NCBI GenBank assembly: GCA_002269645.1
Contig: NIVC01000038.1
Coordinates: 434,001-498,000 of the forward strand
DNA: 64,000 bases
Source of the DNA: Macrostomum lignano
Taxonomy: Eukaryota
Direction of reading: 5' to 3'
Part shown: in pieces, positions 12,396 to 23,791 of the stretch
Layout of the letters: every line of letters begins with the position of its first letter
Position numbering within the stretch: position 1 is the first letter of the stretch
Translations under genes and position numbers: made by a program
Notes under the pieces: model-generated
Told to the model about the DNA's origin: nothing
The model's input: the letters and a program-made list of their open reading frames with translations, nothing else
The model's database searches: none

Positions 12396-15300
12396 CTACA
12401 ACTTCGCCACCTGACGTTTATCATCTCGCCAGCCGAGTTCCTCATGGAACATTCGAATCATTCTGGCCCAGCTGTCCACCTGAGCCCGGTGGTGGCACTC
12501 CGGTTTGCCGCCGTAGTACATGTACACCTTGAGCAGGCCGTGGTAGCACAGAGCTGTGCAGGGGCTGATGGGCGGCTCCAGCAGGTGCCCAGCATCCGGG
12601 TAGGCAATGCGTTCAACATCAGTTCGACCAGCTCGAACCAATCGATCAGCCAGCCGAGCCCCGGCTTCTGGCGACACCGAATAATCGTCTAGGCAGGAGA
12701 AGAACAGGAATCGAGCCGAGGCCTGCTCCACGGGCAGCTCCTGGTCTCGGGTTGGCTGGACGCATTCGCGCAGGTCGATGCCCAGCGGATTGGGAGCCGC
12801 CTGCTTGATCTTGCTGGCGTTGAAGGTCACCTGAGCGGGCAGCAGGCGGCCTCGGTATCTGTTGGTTAGTTGTATTGGATATTTAGTTATTTAGTCGAGT
12901 AATTAGGTAGTTTAGTTAGATATTTAAGGTATTTAGTTGGATATTTAGGTAGTTTAGTTGGATATTCAGCTATTTAGTTGGATATTTAGGTAGTTTAGTT
13001 GGATATTTAGGTAGTTTAGTTAGATATTTAGGTAGTTTAGTTGGATATTTAGGTAGTTTAGTTAGATATTTAGGTAGTTTAGTTGGATATTTAGGTACTT
13101 TAGTTAGACATTTAGGTAGTTTAGGTGGTTATTTAGGTAGCTTATAGTTGGATTTTTAGGTAGTTAGTTGGATATTTAGGTAGTTTAGTTGGATATTTAG
13201 GTAGTTTAGTTGGATGGATATTTAGGTATTTGGTTGGATATTTAGGTAGTTCAGTTAGATATTTAGGTAGCTTAGTTGGATATTTAGGTAGTTTAGTTGG
13301 ATATTTAGGTAGTTTAGTTAGATATTTAGGTCATTTAGTTGAATATTTAGGTAGTTTAGTTGGATATTTAGGTACTTTAGTTAGATATTTAGGTGCTTTA
13401 GGTGGATATTTAGGTAGTTTAGTTGGATATTTAGGTAGTTTAGTTGGATATTTAGGTATTTTAGCTGGATATTTAGGTAGTTTAGTTAGATATTTAGGTC
13501 ATTTAGTTGAATATTTAGGTAGTTTAGTTGGATATTTAGGTACTTTAGTTAGATATTTAGGTGCTTTAGGTGGATATTTAGGTAGTTTAGTTGGATATTT
13601 AGGTAGTTTAGTTGGATATTTAGGTACTTTAGTTAGATATTTAGGTAGTTTAGGTGGTTATTTAGGTAGTTTAGGTGGTTATTTAGGTAGCTTATAGTTG
13701 GATTTTTAGGTAGTTAGTTGGATATTTAGGTAGTTTAGTTGGATATTTAGGTAGTTTAGTTGGATATTTAGGTAGTTTAGTTGGATATTTAGGTAGTGTA
13801 GTTGGATATTTAGGTAGTTTAGTTGGATATTTAGGTATTTTAGCTGGATATTTAGGTATTTTAGCTGGATATTTAGGTAGTTTAGTTTGATATTTAGGTA
13901 CTTTAGTTGGATATTTAGGTATTTTAGCTGGATATTTAGGTATTTTAGTTGAATAATTAGGTAGTTCAGCTAGATACTTTATTTTTTATAGTTAAATGTT
14001 CACGTATTGAGTTTGATATGTAATTATTTAAGTTGGATATTCAGTTTTTTTAGTTGGATATTTAGGAGTTTTGGTTGGATATTTAGGCATTTTAGTTGTA
14101 TACTCAGTTATTTTAACTGACTAATTAGTTAGCTAGCTCAGTCACGCTCATTTCCCTCCTGAGCACGCTCACACAGTGTACCGCACAGCGTCCCTGACTG
14201 AACCCCGAAGCCAGCAATTGCTCATCACCTGGCCTGATAGAAGTTCCTGCACGGGGTGCCGTTCAGCCAGGCCACCGCTCGGATCTTGTCGCCAAACAGA
14301 ATGGCAGCATTAGCAACAATATCTGCTCCAGCGCTGACCCCGATCAGGCCAACTCCACCTTTGGGACCCAGTCGGCTGTAGGGACAAGCGAGCATAAAGT
14401 CAACAGCCTCCTCAAAGTAGTCCATATCGTATTCTACAATCGTGTCGGGCAGGTCTTCATAGTTGAAGTAGGCCAGGGCAAGAACGCTGAAGCCCTCCTT
14501 GGCTAGCAGGGCTGATCGGTGCTCCATCAGGCCACCACCGGTGCCGAACAGGTCAATCACCGGTGGACAGGAGCGCTGCGACCGGGGCTTGAATAGTGCG
14601 CCTGGAGTGGGATTTGAGCATGAGGTGGGATTTGAGCATGGGGTGGGATTTGAGTATGGGTTGGGATTTGAGTATGGGTTGGGATTTGAGCATGGGTGGG
14701 ATTCGAGCATGGGTGGTATTTGAGCAAGGATTTGAACATGGGTGGTATTTGAGCAAGGGGGGATTTGAACATGCGTGGGATTCGAACATGGGTGGGATTT
14801 GAGCATGGGTGGGATTTGAGAATGGGTGGGATTTGAGCATGGGTGGGATTTGAACATGGGGTGTGATTTGAGTATGGGGTGGAATTTGAGCATGGGTGGG
14901 ATTTGAGCATGGGTGGGATTTGAACATGGGTGGGATTTGAGCATGGGTGGGATTTGAGCATGGGTGGGATTTGAGCATGGGGAGGGATTTGAGTATGGGT
15001 GGGATTTGAGCATGGGGAGGGATTTGAGTATGGGTGGTATTTGAGCATGGGTGGGATTTGAAAATGGGTGGGATTTGAGTATGGGTGGGATTTGAGCATG
15101 GGTGGTATTTTAGCATGGGGTGGGACTTGGGCATGGAGTGGGATTTGAGCGCGGGTGAGGCTCGAGCAGGGTGGGATTCCTGGGAGATTTGGGAATTGGG
15201 ACACAGACTAATTCCAATCAACAGCGGTTAGAGCTCAACACAAAAGCAACTTATATAAAACCCCAGGAAGCAATATTTTACCTCTCAGCCGTCCAACTCT

Positions 15301-15828
15301 AACAGGTATTCGCTCCACAGAATCGGCCAGGTAAGTTCGTTCAAGATTAGCCGAACAAAATGGCTTAATCTCAGTTTCAGGGTTAGTCAGCTGTTCCCAG
15401 GTCACGTGACCCGGCAGGGCAGTCAGCTGATATCGTAGCGGGATTTCAGCTTCGCGTCTTAACAACCTCAGACCAGATTTCTCAGCCGGATCCTGCAACA
15501 GAGACCAGAACAGGCCCATACTGTCCACACCTGTGTAGGTGCCGCCTAAGCTGCTGCTAGAGTCCAGGCTTAAGCATCCTGAGCTGTCAGACATGTAATG
15601 CCCGAATGCCGAGAACGATCCATAGCTCTCTTTGATATTTAGTCGCAGTGTTACTGGGGCATTGCTAGGCAAATTTTCAACACGGATCGAGATTCGTTCG
15701 TCTACTAGAGAGCGCGGCTTGTCAATAGAGATGGTTGCCATAGCAACTGATGGGGAGCTAGTCAGCATCCCACGAGTGAAGCTTGGCAATGGCAACCAAA
15801 CTGACTGGCGAGTTAAATATCGAAGCAT
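12396..15828 (-). CDS. ACOT: Acyl-CoA thioesterase / BAAT-family alpha/beta hydrolase, paralog 1 (3 exons, 460 aa predicted)
   Basis: Exons are 15828-15282, 14601-14229 and 12858-12396, with phases 1 and 2 matching. Motifs include VIDLFGTGGGLMEHRSALLAKEGF, nucleophile GVSAG, LDD and AGHLLEPP (Ser-Asp-His triad). The C-terminus is AKL (PTS1). Confidence 0.92.
12862..14110. repeat. 21-bp minisatellite (ttagttggatatttaggtagt) filling ACOT paralog 1 intron 2
   Basis: Direct tandem repeat running up to the acceptor caacag. Confidence 0.92.
14603..15200. repeat. 17-18-bp minisatellite (gggtgggatttgagcat) in ACOT paralog 1 intron 1
   Basis: Direct tandem repeat. The acceptor (aaatcccactccag) is part of the last unit. 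Confidence 0.9.
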
Positions 15829-18296
15829 GCAAGAATTGGCATGGAAGAGTTTGATAGAATGGAGAAATTCATGCACTGCTTTTCTACTATAAGTAGGCAA
15901 AATGCAAAATCTATAAAACATTATCGAAAATATTTGTATCAAAGCCTAGCATTAAATAATAGAAACATTGTTTAAATTTGAAAACCTACATTTGCAATTA
16001 GTTTCACTATAGCTAAAGATATATATATCTATGGAAAGCTATAGATATGGAGGTTTTTAGACAAAGCATATAAATATAGATATGTTTATAAAAATGCATA
16101 TTTCCAATGTATAGTTTCCATATTTAGTAATATTGGCCAATCAATAACTATGATAGAAAAGACTTGACAAGATCATTGGGATCCTTGATTAAATAGATAG
16201 GAGGGAATATAACAGTAAGAAATGACACTGAGTACTTTTGGTTTTAAAGTTTTTATTTAGGTTTTTAAATTCCTTGGGTTAGAGGCTTAAGCAACAAATA
16301 TTTTCAATGCTTTATGTGCATTGTATTTAAGCTAATTAGGGACTTAGGCATGCTTGGGTGCAACCTAGGGATTCACCTGGCCATTTCTATTGTCATCACA
16401 CATATATAAGTTGTTATTGGACAGAATAGTAGTCATGTAACTACTCTCAGCTAATAGCAACCTACATCAGCTATAATTATAGATATGGATAGGGCTATAT
16501 CATATATGTGTGTGTTGCTAATAGAAATGGCCAAGTGATTCCCAAGGTTGTGCATGTATGGACTTAGGGTTCTAGGGACTAAAGTTAAAATGAATAATTT
16601 TGCTTTTAATGTGAGGGCCTATGGATGCTTTTAACTTCATGGGGTCAAGGACTTAAGCAAAAATGATTTTCTATTTTCATACCATATGCAAATCGAATAG
16701 TTTTGAACATTAATTTAATCCTAACCTTTTCTTTACAATAAAAATGAGACATTTTAATGATTAATAGGTTAAACTATTGCTTAAACTTTTTCATTCATTA
16801 ATAAATGAAAAAAGAATTGTTGCAATTGGATTTAACACATTAACACAATTATTTATAGATATAGATATGAAAATAGATTGGGCTAGGCCCTACAGATATA
16901 TATTTTGATATACTAGTGACTTATAAAATATTTTTTGCTTTAATCACCATTTAATTTGTCTCCCTAGAAATTTTAAGGAGTTGGTTTAAGCTTAATTTCT
17001 TTTATAGGCTCTATAACTTAAACCTATGGTTAGCCTATGTAAGTTAAAACCAACCATTAAGGCATAGTGAATTGGAGATTAAGGAGTGTTTTCTCCCTGA
17101 CTACTAAAGAATGTTTTTAAAAACTTAGTTTAATGACTTTGCATTATTTCCTTAAAATGTGAAAAAAATATACTACAAAAGATAACATTTATAGATAGTT
17201 AACTAATAATAATAAGGTGCCTTTTATAGGAAATATAATATCTTTGCTTTTAGATTTTAAATAGTGATTATAAAAATTACATTAAATTGCAAAGATCAAA
17301 ATGACCAAAATGACCAAAATTTGGCCAAAATATTAAGTCTATTTAATTATATTTTACTAATAGCTTCTATACTATAGCCAACAATTGTTAAAATTGTTGC
17401 TCTTGCTAAAAATATTATTAATCAAAGTCAATTAGCATCATGGCTCTAACAAATCTGATATAATAATACTTATGCCTTATGGGATGGCTGCCTAGGACAG
17501 GTGGCACAACAATGTTGATTGGCTAGCAGGTGGTACTTGGCACTTGATACTAAGGAATAAAGGAAGTCATTATTTTGCATAAAATAATTAAATGTGCAAA
17601 ACTAGAGGATAGCCCTTATTTATATATAATACCATACTAGCTTTGGTCTGGACTCTACATAGATTACATTTATCTGATTTATGATTTATTTCAACTCTGT
17701 AAGTCTGTTAGTGGTATATTACACTATCATAAAACTAAAGCTATTAATACTGATATGACAAATTAATAAAATTACTGCTACATAGGCCATAGATGTTGTA
17801 TATGGCGGTGATTCGAAGTTCGAACACTACATATACCCCATTGGCTTTGTGAATGTTAGTGAGTGTGATCATTAAAATGCCAATGTTAAAACTAGAAGTA
17901 AATATACATAGGCATAGACATTGTAATTGGTTGTGGCTTATGGCTTATGCTTAAAAATTTAGTAACTCGCACTAAAACTATATACTAGGCCTCTAAAAAC
18001 TTTCACGCGCTGACAACTTGATCCGCACTTTGACCTTTAAGCTTCTTATAACGTGATAATTATCCGTCGTTGCTCTAGACAGAGAGTGCATCCAGGCACT
18101 TTGTGAAACGATCTCGTAGTTTGTAGCAGAGCACAAATTGTTTCTTAGAAAACACGATAACTTTTTTGTAAAGAAAAACGAAATAGACCTACTTCTTGTT
18201 CAAAAGAGCATTAACGCTTAAAAGGACTGTAAAGTTTTTTGACTTTTAAAAAAAGTTGTTTTAGTTAAAAAAGTTTTTATTAAGTTAATCAAATTT

Positions 18297-19190
18297 TTAA
18301 ACAGTCACTGTAGTTTTTAAAAGTAAAACCAAAAAGGTCACCCTGATTTGTGCAACGAAATTTATGAATAAAATCTTTCGGCAGTTCCAGCTTGCAGCGC
18401 TCCCTGGAGGTGCTGGTTGCGGCTGCTGAGGTGGAACCACAGTGCAGAAAATGGCCACTGCCAACAAGGAACAGGTTACTTGGAGAGCTATCTTCGTGTC
18501 AGAGACCAAGGCCAGAATCCATGGAGTGATCAAAGTTCGTGACCAGGACTGCACCACAGCTCCAAAGTGTGGAGGGCTATTGACTCCTATCTGATTGGGC
18601 CGCTGACTGTCGAGGAGGGGATCTCCATCGGCATTTGAGCGGATGGTGCTCATGCGCGAATCACATTCGTTCTCATTCCTCCCGGCAGTGAGGAGGATGC
18701 TCAGAAGCTGCTGCTCAAGCTCAAGATGCGTCGAGAAAAGGGAAGGCTGCTGCCAACCCCGGCATCTCCGGCAAGAGCGCGGGGTGCAGTCTGAGGCGAA
18801 GGAAGGTGCAAGCCATCTTAAAGCTATGCTGTGCCTCGCCCCTCTGCTATACTAGAAGCAATTTGGCAACCGTGGCTCTGCTCCGGCCGGGCTCCGGGAG
18901 CAGAGCCAGAGCCCACCGGAAAGGGAGTTGAGAACGAGGCCGGATCTTTGGAATCTGAGCTCTCCTCGGCCAATCTGGTGGAGTCTGAGGGCAAAGATGC
19001 AGATGAGGAAAACTCCTCCATCCTATCATCAGACCCCGAGAACTCTGCCGGGGTGGGCTGGTGGGAGTAAGGAGACCATGATGTCGACCAAATCCCATCT
19101 CCGGGACAATCTCCAACGGCCTGGGACGAGCACAAACTGCTGTTCAAGTCTCCTTGATGGCCCGGGGTTTGAGACAGTTTTAGCATTTAG
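18297..19190 (-). other. GC-rich coding-like segment with an internal frame break, product unknown
   Basis: An Ser/acidic-rich ORF (19186-18824) is followed in another frame by an open stretch from about 18845 to 18297 containing a hydrophobic segment (ALQVTCSLLAVAIFCTVVP). No domain was confidently recognised. Confidence 0.3.
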
Positions 19191-19559
19191 TTCAGTATGG
19201 TGCTAAGCTCTACGCTGCTAAAGGAGCGACATTTCTGTTTGCAAAAAATACAGCATTGTAAAAAATGACAACATTTATTGGCGTCATTCTGCGTCAGAGC
19301 AATTGACCTCGCCGCCAGCCATCTCCAAGCTTGGCTGAGGACCGATCAGTTACGTCAGTTACTGAAAAAATGGAAAAATTGGAACATTTTAATTAGAATG
19401 AGAACAGAATAGTATTTTCTCATAATTAACATTTGTATATTTGGTTGTTTATATCTACAGTCTATTTTCCAAATATAGTTGCGTTGAAAAACTTTTCGTT
19501 GCTAACTTATGAAGCTGTACTGCTTCTAACTCCAAAGAAAAATTTATTAATGGTTTCTT

Positions 19560-20105
19560 CCGCCAGATTCGTATTTAGAACGGCCACGGGCTCTGACCAC
19601 GCCTTGCAGCATGTACTTGCCGCTGTACCAAAAGCCCACGTGGACGCAGGCTCCGGATTAGTTGAAGTTGTTAAAAAGTTTTTCGATAGAAGAAGAGAGT
19701 AAGGTTCTGCTGTCTCCTGAATGAGACGCCAGCGATGAAGAACTCGTTCGGGTCCGCAGGCAGCACCGAGCCGGTCTGGAATCTGGCTAAGTAACCCGGG
19801 TTCAGGTTGAGGGCGCGGTTCACTCCGTGCATCACTGAGAACTCCTGTAGGTGGTCGCGTATGTTGTCGGATCCGATGCAGCTGCTCAGCTCCAGAAAGA
19901 CTGCTTTACGTGGGGTTCTCTTCAGGCGTAGCAACCAGGTTTAGGACGCCATGAAGTCCAGACTTGTGGAGTCGTCCACCCACTGCCGAGACGAGACTCC
20001 GTCCATGCGAGCGCCCTGCGCCCTCACTCGTCCAGGTCACATTGAGAGATTCCACGTGGTTTCCTCTGTCCCTCGGAGCCGCACACCAGATTCTCCAGCG
20101 CTGGA
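19560..20105 (-). pseudogene. 5'-truncated fragment of a LamG/concanavalin-like secreted protein gene (inverted paralog of 23792-24805)
   Basis: It aligns at DNA level with 24195-24750 (ENLVCGSEGQR, MDGVSSR.WVDD, QTGSVLP.DP..FFI.G). It carries an in-frame TAA where the paralog has TAC, plus frameshifts. Confidence 0.65.
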
Positions 20106-20129
20106 CAATTGCGGATCATTGACTTGCTT

Positions 20130-23100
20130 AACTTAGCCCGGCTTCTTGCTCTGCGGGAAAAAAGCTCTGCATCAGATCTCCGAGCGTGGTAGGTGAGGTC
20201 CCTGCCAAAATGGCAGTAACGTCGTCAGCATACCCGACGTGGTGGTGGTGGTGGTTCAGCCAGAGCTAGTCCGGGGGGGGCGCATTTGCGCCCCTATCCT
20301 CGCGACGACGGACAGCGACAGGTTTGATCCAAGGACGTCCTCCCGGATGTCTGCGTGTGCCGGGCACTGGATCATGAGGTGTTTAAGGTCCTCCTCGGCT
20401 TTACCGCCTGCTGGGTAGGTCGCGGATGGCTCCAGACCGATGCGGTGGCGACATTTGCGGAGGCGGGGGCAGCAGCCGGTGCGAAGCTGGGCCAGGGTCA
20501 CTTGGGCTTTGCGCCCGAAGCCCAGTCGTAGGCGTTTCGGTGGCCTTCCTTGTGTGGCAGAGCGATGCGTCGTGCAATGCTGGTCATTGTCGTAGGCCTG
20601 GTTGAGGTCCGAGGCTGCCAGCATAGCGATGGCCGAGCGAGTGCTGCGGAGGTCCAGAGGAGCGACTGCTTGGGGGAGCCGAGCCGCGTCGCACGCTGTG
20701 CTGTCCGCCAGGTCGTTGAGCCGCACGTCGCAGTGTCCGGGGACCCACTGGATGTGGTGGCCCGACGTGACTCTCCTGAGCAGAGCCCAGATGTCCCTGC
20801 AGCATGGCGAGAGGTGCGGTGATGGGCCAGCGAGGAGGCTCCGGAGCAGAGACTGCGAGTCCGTGGCGCAGCGGAGCTCGCTGCTGCCCGGCCATGGCAG
20901 GATGTCGAGGGCCAGCTGAAGAGCGCACTCCTCGGCTCTGAAGGACGAGGTGCAGCTGCCTGCCGGGGCCTGTAGCCGTTGCGGTGGGTGGCCGGGGACG
21001 ATCAAGACGGCGCCCTCACCGCCGCGCAGAGTGCCGCCGGTCGCAGAGCCGTCAGTCCAGAGCTGTAATTCTGGCTGCGGGAGGGCGGCTAGAGTTTAAG
21101 GGCGGTGGCTTTACGGATGTGCGGCGGGTCCTCGCGGGACGTCGAGCGGCAGAGGTCAGAGGTGATGGTGACCCGGCAGACGGCGTGCCAGGACGGGATC
21201 AGCGCGTTGTCCATCTCTTTCGGCGCGTCTTTGATGCCAGCGCGGCGGATCAGTGTCCTGGCGCCGGAGCGCCTGTCCCGGCGGAAGCCGCCGTTGACGC
21301 CATGGGCGCGAAGTCTCGGAGCGTTTTTAAGCTCGGAGAGGCGGCGGGGGGGGCTGGCTGGCGTTGCCTCAGATTCCTGTGAAGGAGGGTGGCGCCAGCG
21401 GTCGCAGCATGCGAGGTGAGAGGTTGGAGCCTGGCTTCTTGAAGGAGTGAAGGATAGGTAGTGGACCGGCAGCAGCCAGTGATGTCCCTGGCGGCCGCAT
21501 TGTGAGCCGTCTCCACCTCCTGGCGGCATGAGTCCGAAGCGAAGTTCAGCCAGTCTGCCGCGCCATGGAGGACGGCAGATTCGGCGTAGGTGCGATACAG
21601 GCGTGAGATGGTGTGCGAGTCCTGCCCCCAGTCACGGCCAGTGAGGCACCTCAGGACACTGGTGCGTCTTTGCAGGTTACTGCGCTGGATAGAGGCATAG
21701 TGGCGGAATGTAAGCTGCGGATCCAGGTGAACGCCAAGCAGTTTTGGATGCAATTCGAAAGGGGCCTGGGAGTCGCCGAGTATGATTCATGGCTGCACCT
21801 TTCGGTTAGTCTCACGCGGGTCGAGAGAGAAATACGCGACAACCGACTTTGGTCCTGCTGAATTCCACCTCCCAGGTTCGGGACCACAACAGGAGCCAAT
21901 CAGCCGCGCATTGCAGAGTTTGCTCGCACTCGCGGACGGTCGTTCCCTGAGCTCCAAAGGTGCTGTCGTCGGCGTAATTTATTGTCAGGACGTCCTCAGG
22001 CGCGCCATCCAGGAGGTCGTCCATGTAGACGATCCACGTACAGGGTCGGGGCGAGGACCCAGCCTTGAGGGAGGCCATCGGAGAAGATAAGGATCCGGCT
22101 TCTGGTTCCGTTCCAGGTGACGCGGGCGCGTCTGTCTGAGAGGAACCTTTTGAGCCATCGGTTCATGCAGGTGGGGACCCTCTTGCGGTGAAGTTTGAAG
22201 GTTTGGGCATTTCGCCACACGCGGTCGTAGGCTCTTGAGAAATCTACGAGGAGGAGAGCTGTGCGCTTGGCTGGCTTCTTCGCCTGCAGGCCGTCAAAGA
22301 TGTACTGCGTGACCGCAGTGAATTGCTCCTCAGTGGAGCGGTACCTACGGAAACCGGCCTGGGCTGGGTTGATCAAGCAGCCGTCTTCTAGGAAGTGGGT
22401 GAGGCGTTCGTTGACCATCCTTTCAGCGATCTTTGCAACGCATTAAAGAAGGCAGATCGGGCGAAAGTTGGCAGTGAGGTCCGGTGATTTTTTTATCGGC
22501 TTAGGGATCAGGCGAATATTGCCGAGGCGCCAGGCGGCGGAGACCTTCGCCTTTCTCCACGAAAGGTTGATGGTGTACAGGAGGAGGGCCTTAGCGCGCT
22601 CGGAGACGTTCTTCAGCATGATGTTAGAAACGCCGTCGAGATCCGGGGTCGAACGGACCGGGATGGCACGTAGTGCTCTGTCCAGGTCTTGAGGTGAGAA
22701 GTCGGAGCAGATGCCGGTGTGTTCTCCCAGGCAGCTGCAGGGGGCCGCCAGGGCTGCTCTGGCTTTGATGGCGATAGCTTTGTCACGCTGCTTGTCCCTG
22801 GGCAGACGGCTGACTGTTGTGTACTCTTGCAGAAGAGGTCAGCCTTTTGGCGGTCTGAAGTGGCAACGCCTCCGGTTAGGCTTTTGATCGCAGCGGACAG
22901 CCGGCATGCCGGTGCTCGGCTGTCTAAGGTGCGAATGATTCTCCAGAGATCTGCTGACTTCAGTTCTGCCTGATGGTCGCTGAGAAACTCTTGCCACAGG
23001 GATTCTTTAGCCTTACGGATGGCCTCGGTTGCGGTGAGTGCCACAGTCTGGAAAGCCACAGCAAGCGTCTCGTTGTTTGGGTCCGCCCTGAGCTTTTCTA

Positions 23101-23400
23101 GTCCTTCGCGCCGAACATTGCAGGCAGATTCGACTTCGGGGCTCCACCAAGCGATCGGGGCGCGCCTGGCGCCTTTGGAGATCGCCCTGTTCGCCATGCG
23201 AAGTATGGTGTTAGCGAGCTTGGCCGCCGCCCCTGAGGCGGTCCGGGTGGGCGGTTGGTCCAGTGCATACCCGACGTTGAAGACGGGGTCGGGTCGTGGA
23301 TCGCCCAGAATGGCGTTCATGACCAAGTTCTAGAGCGTCGGGGTGAGGTCTCCGCCGTGGCTTCCTCCCTTACAGACTCTGGCGGAGGCAGTTTGCCAAA
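20130..23400 (-). mobile_element. Old non-LTR retrotransposon RT fragment (R1/LOA-like), split by the Ingi-like insertion
   Basis: Joining 23400-23265 to 20227-20130 restores RVCKGGSHGGDLTPTL*NLVMNAILGDPRPDPVFNVGYADDVTAILAGTSPTTLGDLMQ, i.e. RT motifs G.PQGG.LSP.LWN and YADD. The clade is assigned by eye. Confidence 0.75.
20241..23264 (-). mobile_element. 5'-truncated, inactive Ingi/I-group LINE (RT + RNase H + C-terminal zinc knuckle remnant)
   Basis: RT motifs include NFRPICLL, QAGFR, LLVDFSRAYDRVW, GLPQG, YADD and KLLGVHLD..L. RNase H motifs include WTDGS, SSFRAE, TDSQS and QWVPGH. There is an (ACC)5 tail at 20255-20241 and a 13-bp TSD gcatacccgacgt at 20228-20240 and 23265-23277. Several frameshifts and stops; no endonuclease domain. 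Confidence 0.9.
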
Positions 23401-23791
23401 GCAGTTGTGTGGTGACCGTATGGTTGGAGATCATGTTGGAGAGCACTTTCACACTCCAAAGAAAATGTTATTGAAGATTGAATTTGGGCACTAGACTAAT
23501 CCATAAGTTGCTAGCATTCTGTTTGTGTCTCCTGTATCCATTTGCCTCTATCTTCTAGCCTATCTGTGACAATGTGGCACCAACTCTCCTTACAGCTTAT
23601 TCGCAGGGCGAGTTCTCACTTCGGTCACTGAACGCACTAAGGGGTGACAGATCTACCAGTTGCCAAGTTGTTGTAGCCTATAAGCTGCTTAAGCCAATCC
23701 GGGCACTTTCACTGATCAGCCAAAAAGTTAAAAACTGCGATGGGATTTGATGCCGGGACTCTTAATACAGACAGACTCACAAAAGCTTGCA

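Noticed and set aside
68-14100. Long ORFs at 68-645, 2317-3003, 3940-5843, 7970-8662, 9446-10588 and 13230-13697
   Set aside because: They are translations of stop-free tandem repeats, open in several frames on both strands, and most lie inside introns defined by phase-matched flanking exons.
14225-15221. ORFs 14225-15013, 14553-15221 and 14557-15204 (also 53261-53989 and 53982-54643) as whole proteins
   Set aside because: They are chimeras of a true ACOT exon and intronic repeat; the splice sites at 14601/14229 and 54030/53537 define the real exons.
20241-23264. Active autonomous retrotransposon
   Set aside because: It is 5'-truncated (no endonuclease) and has several frameshifts and an in-frame stop in the RT.
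22613-23326. The ORF start MVMNAILGD as the element's own N-terminus
   Set aside because: Residues up to VGYA lie outside the TSD and belong to the older host LINE.
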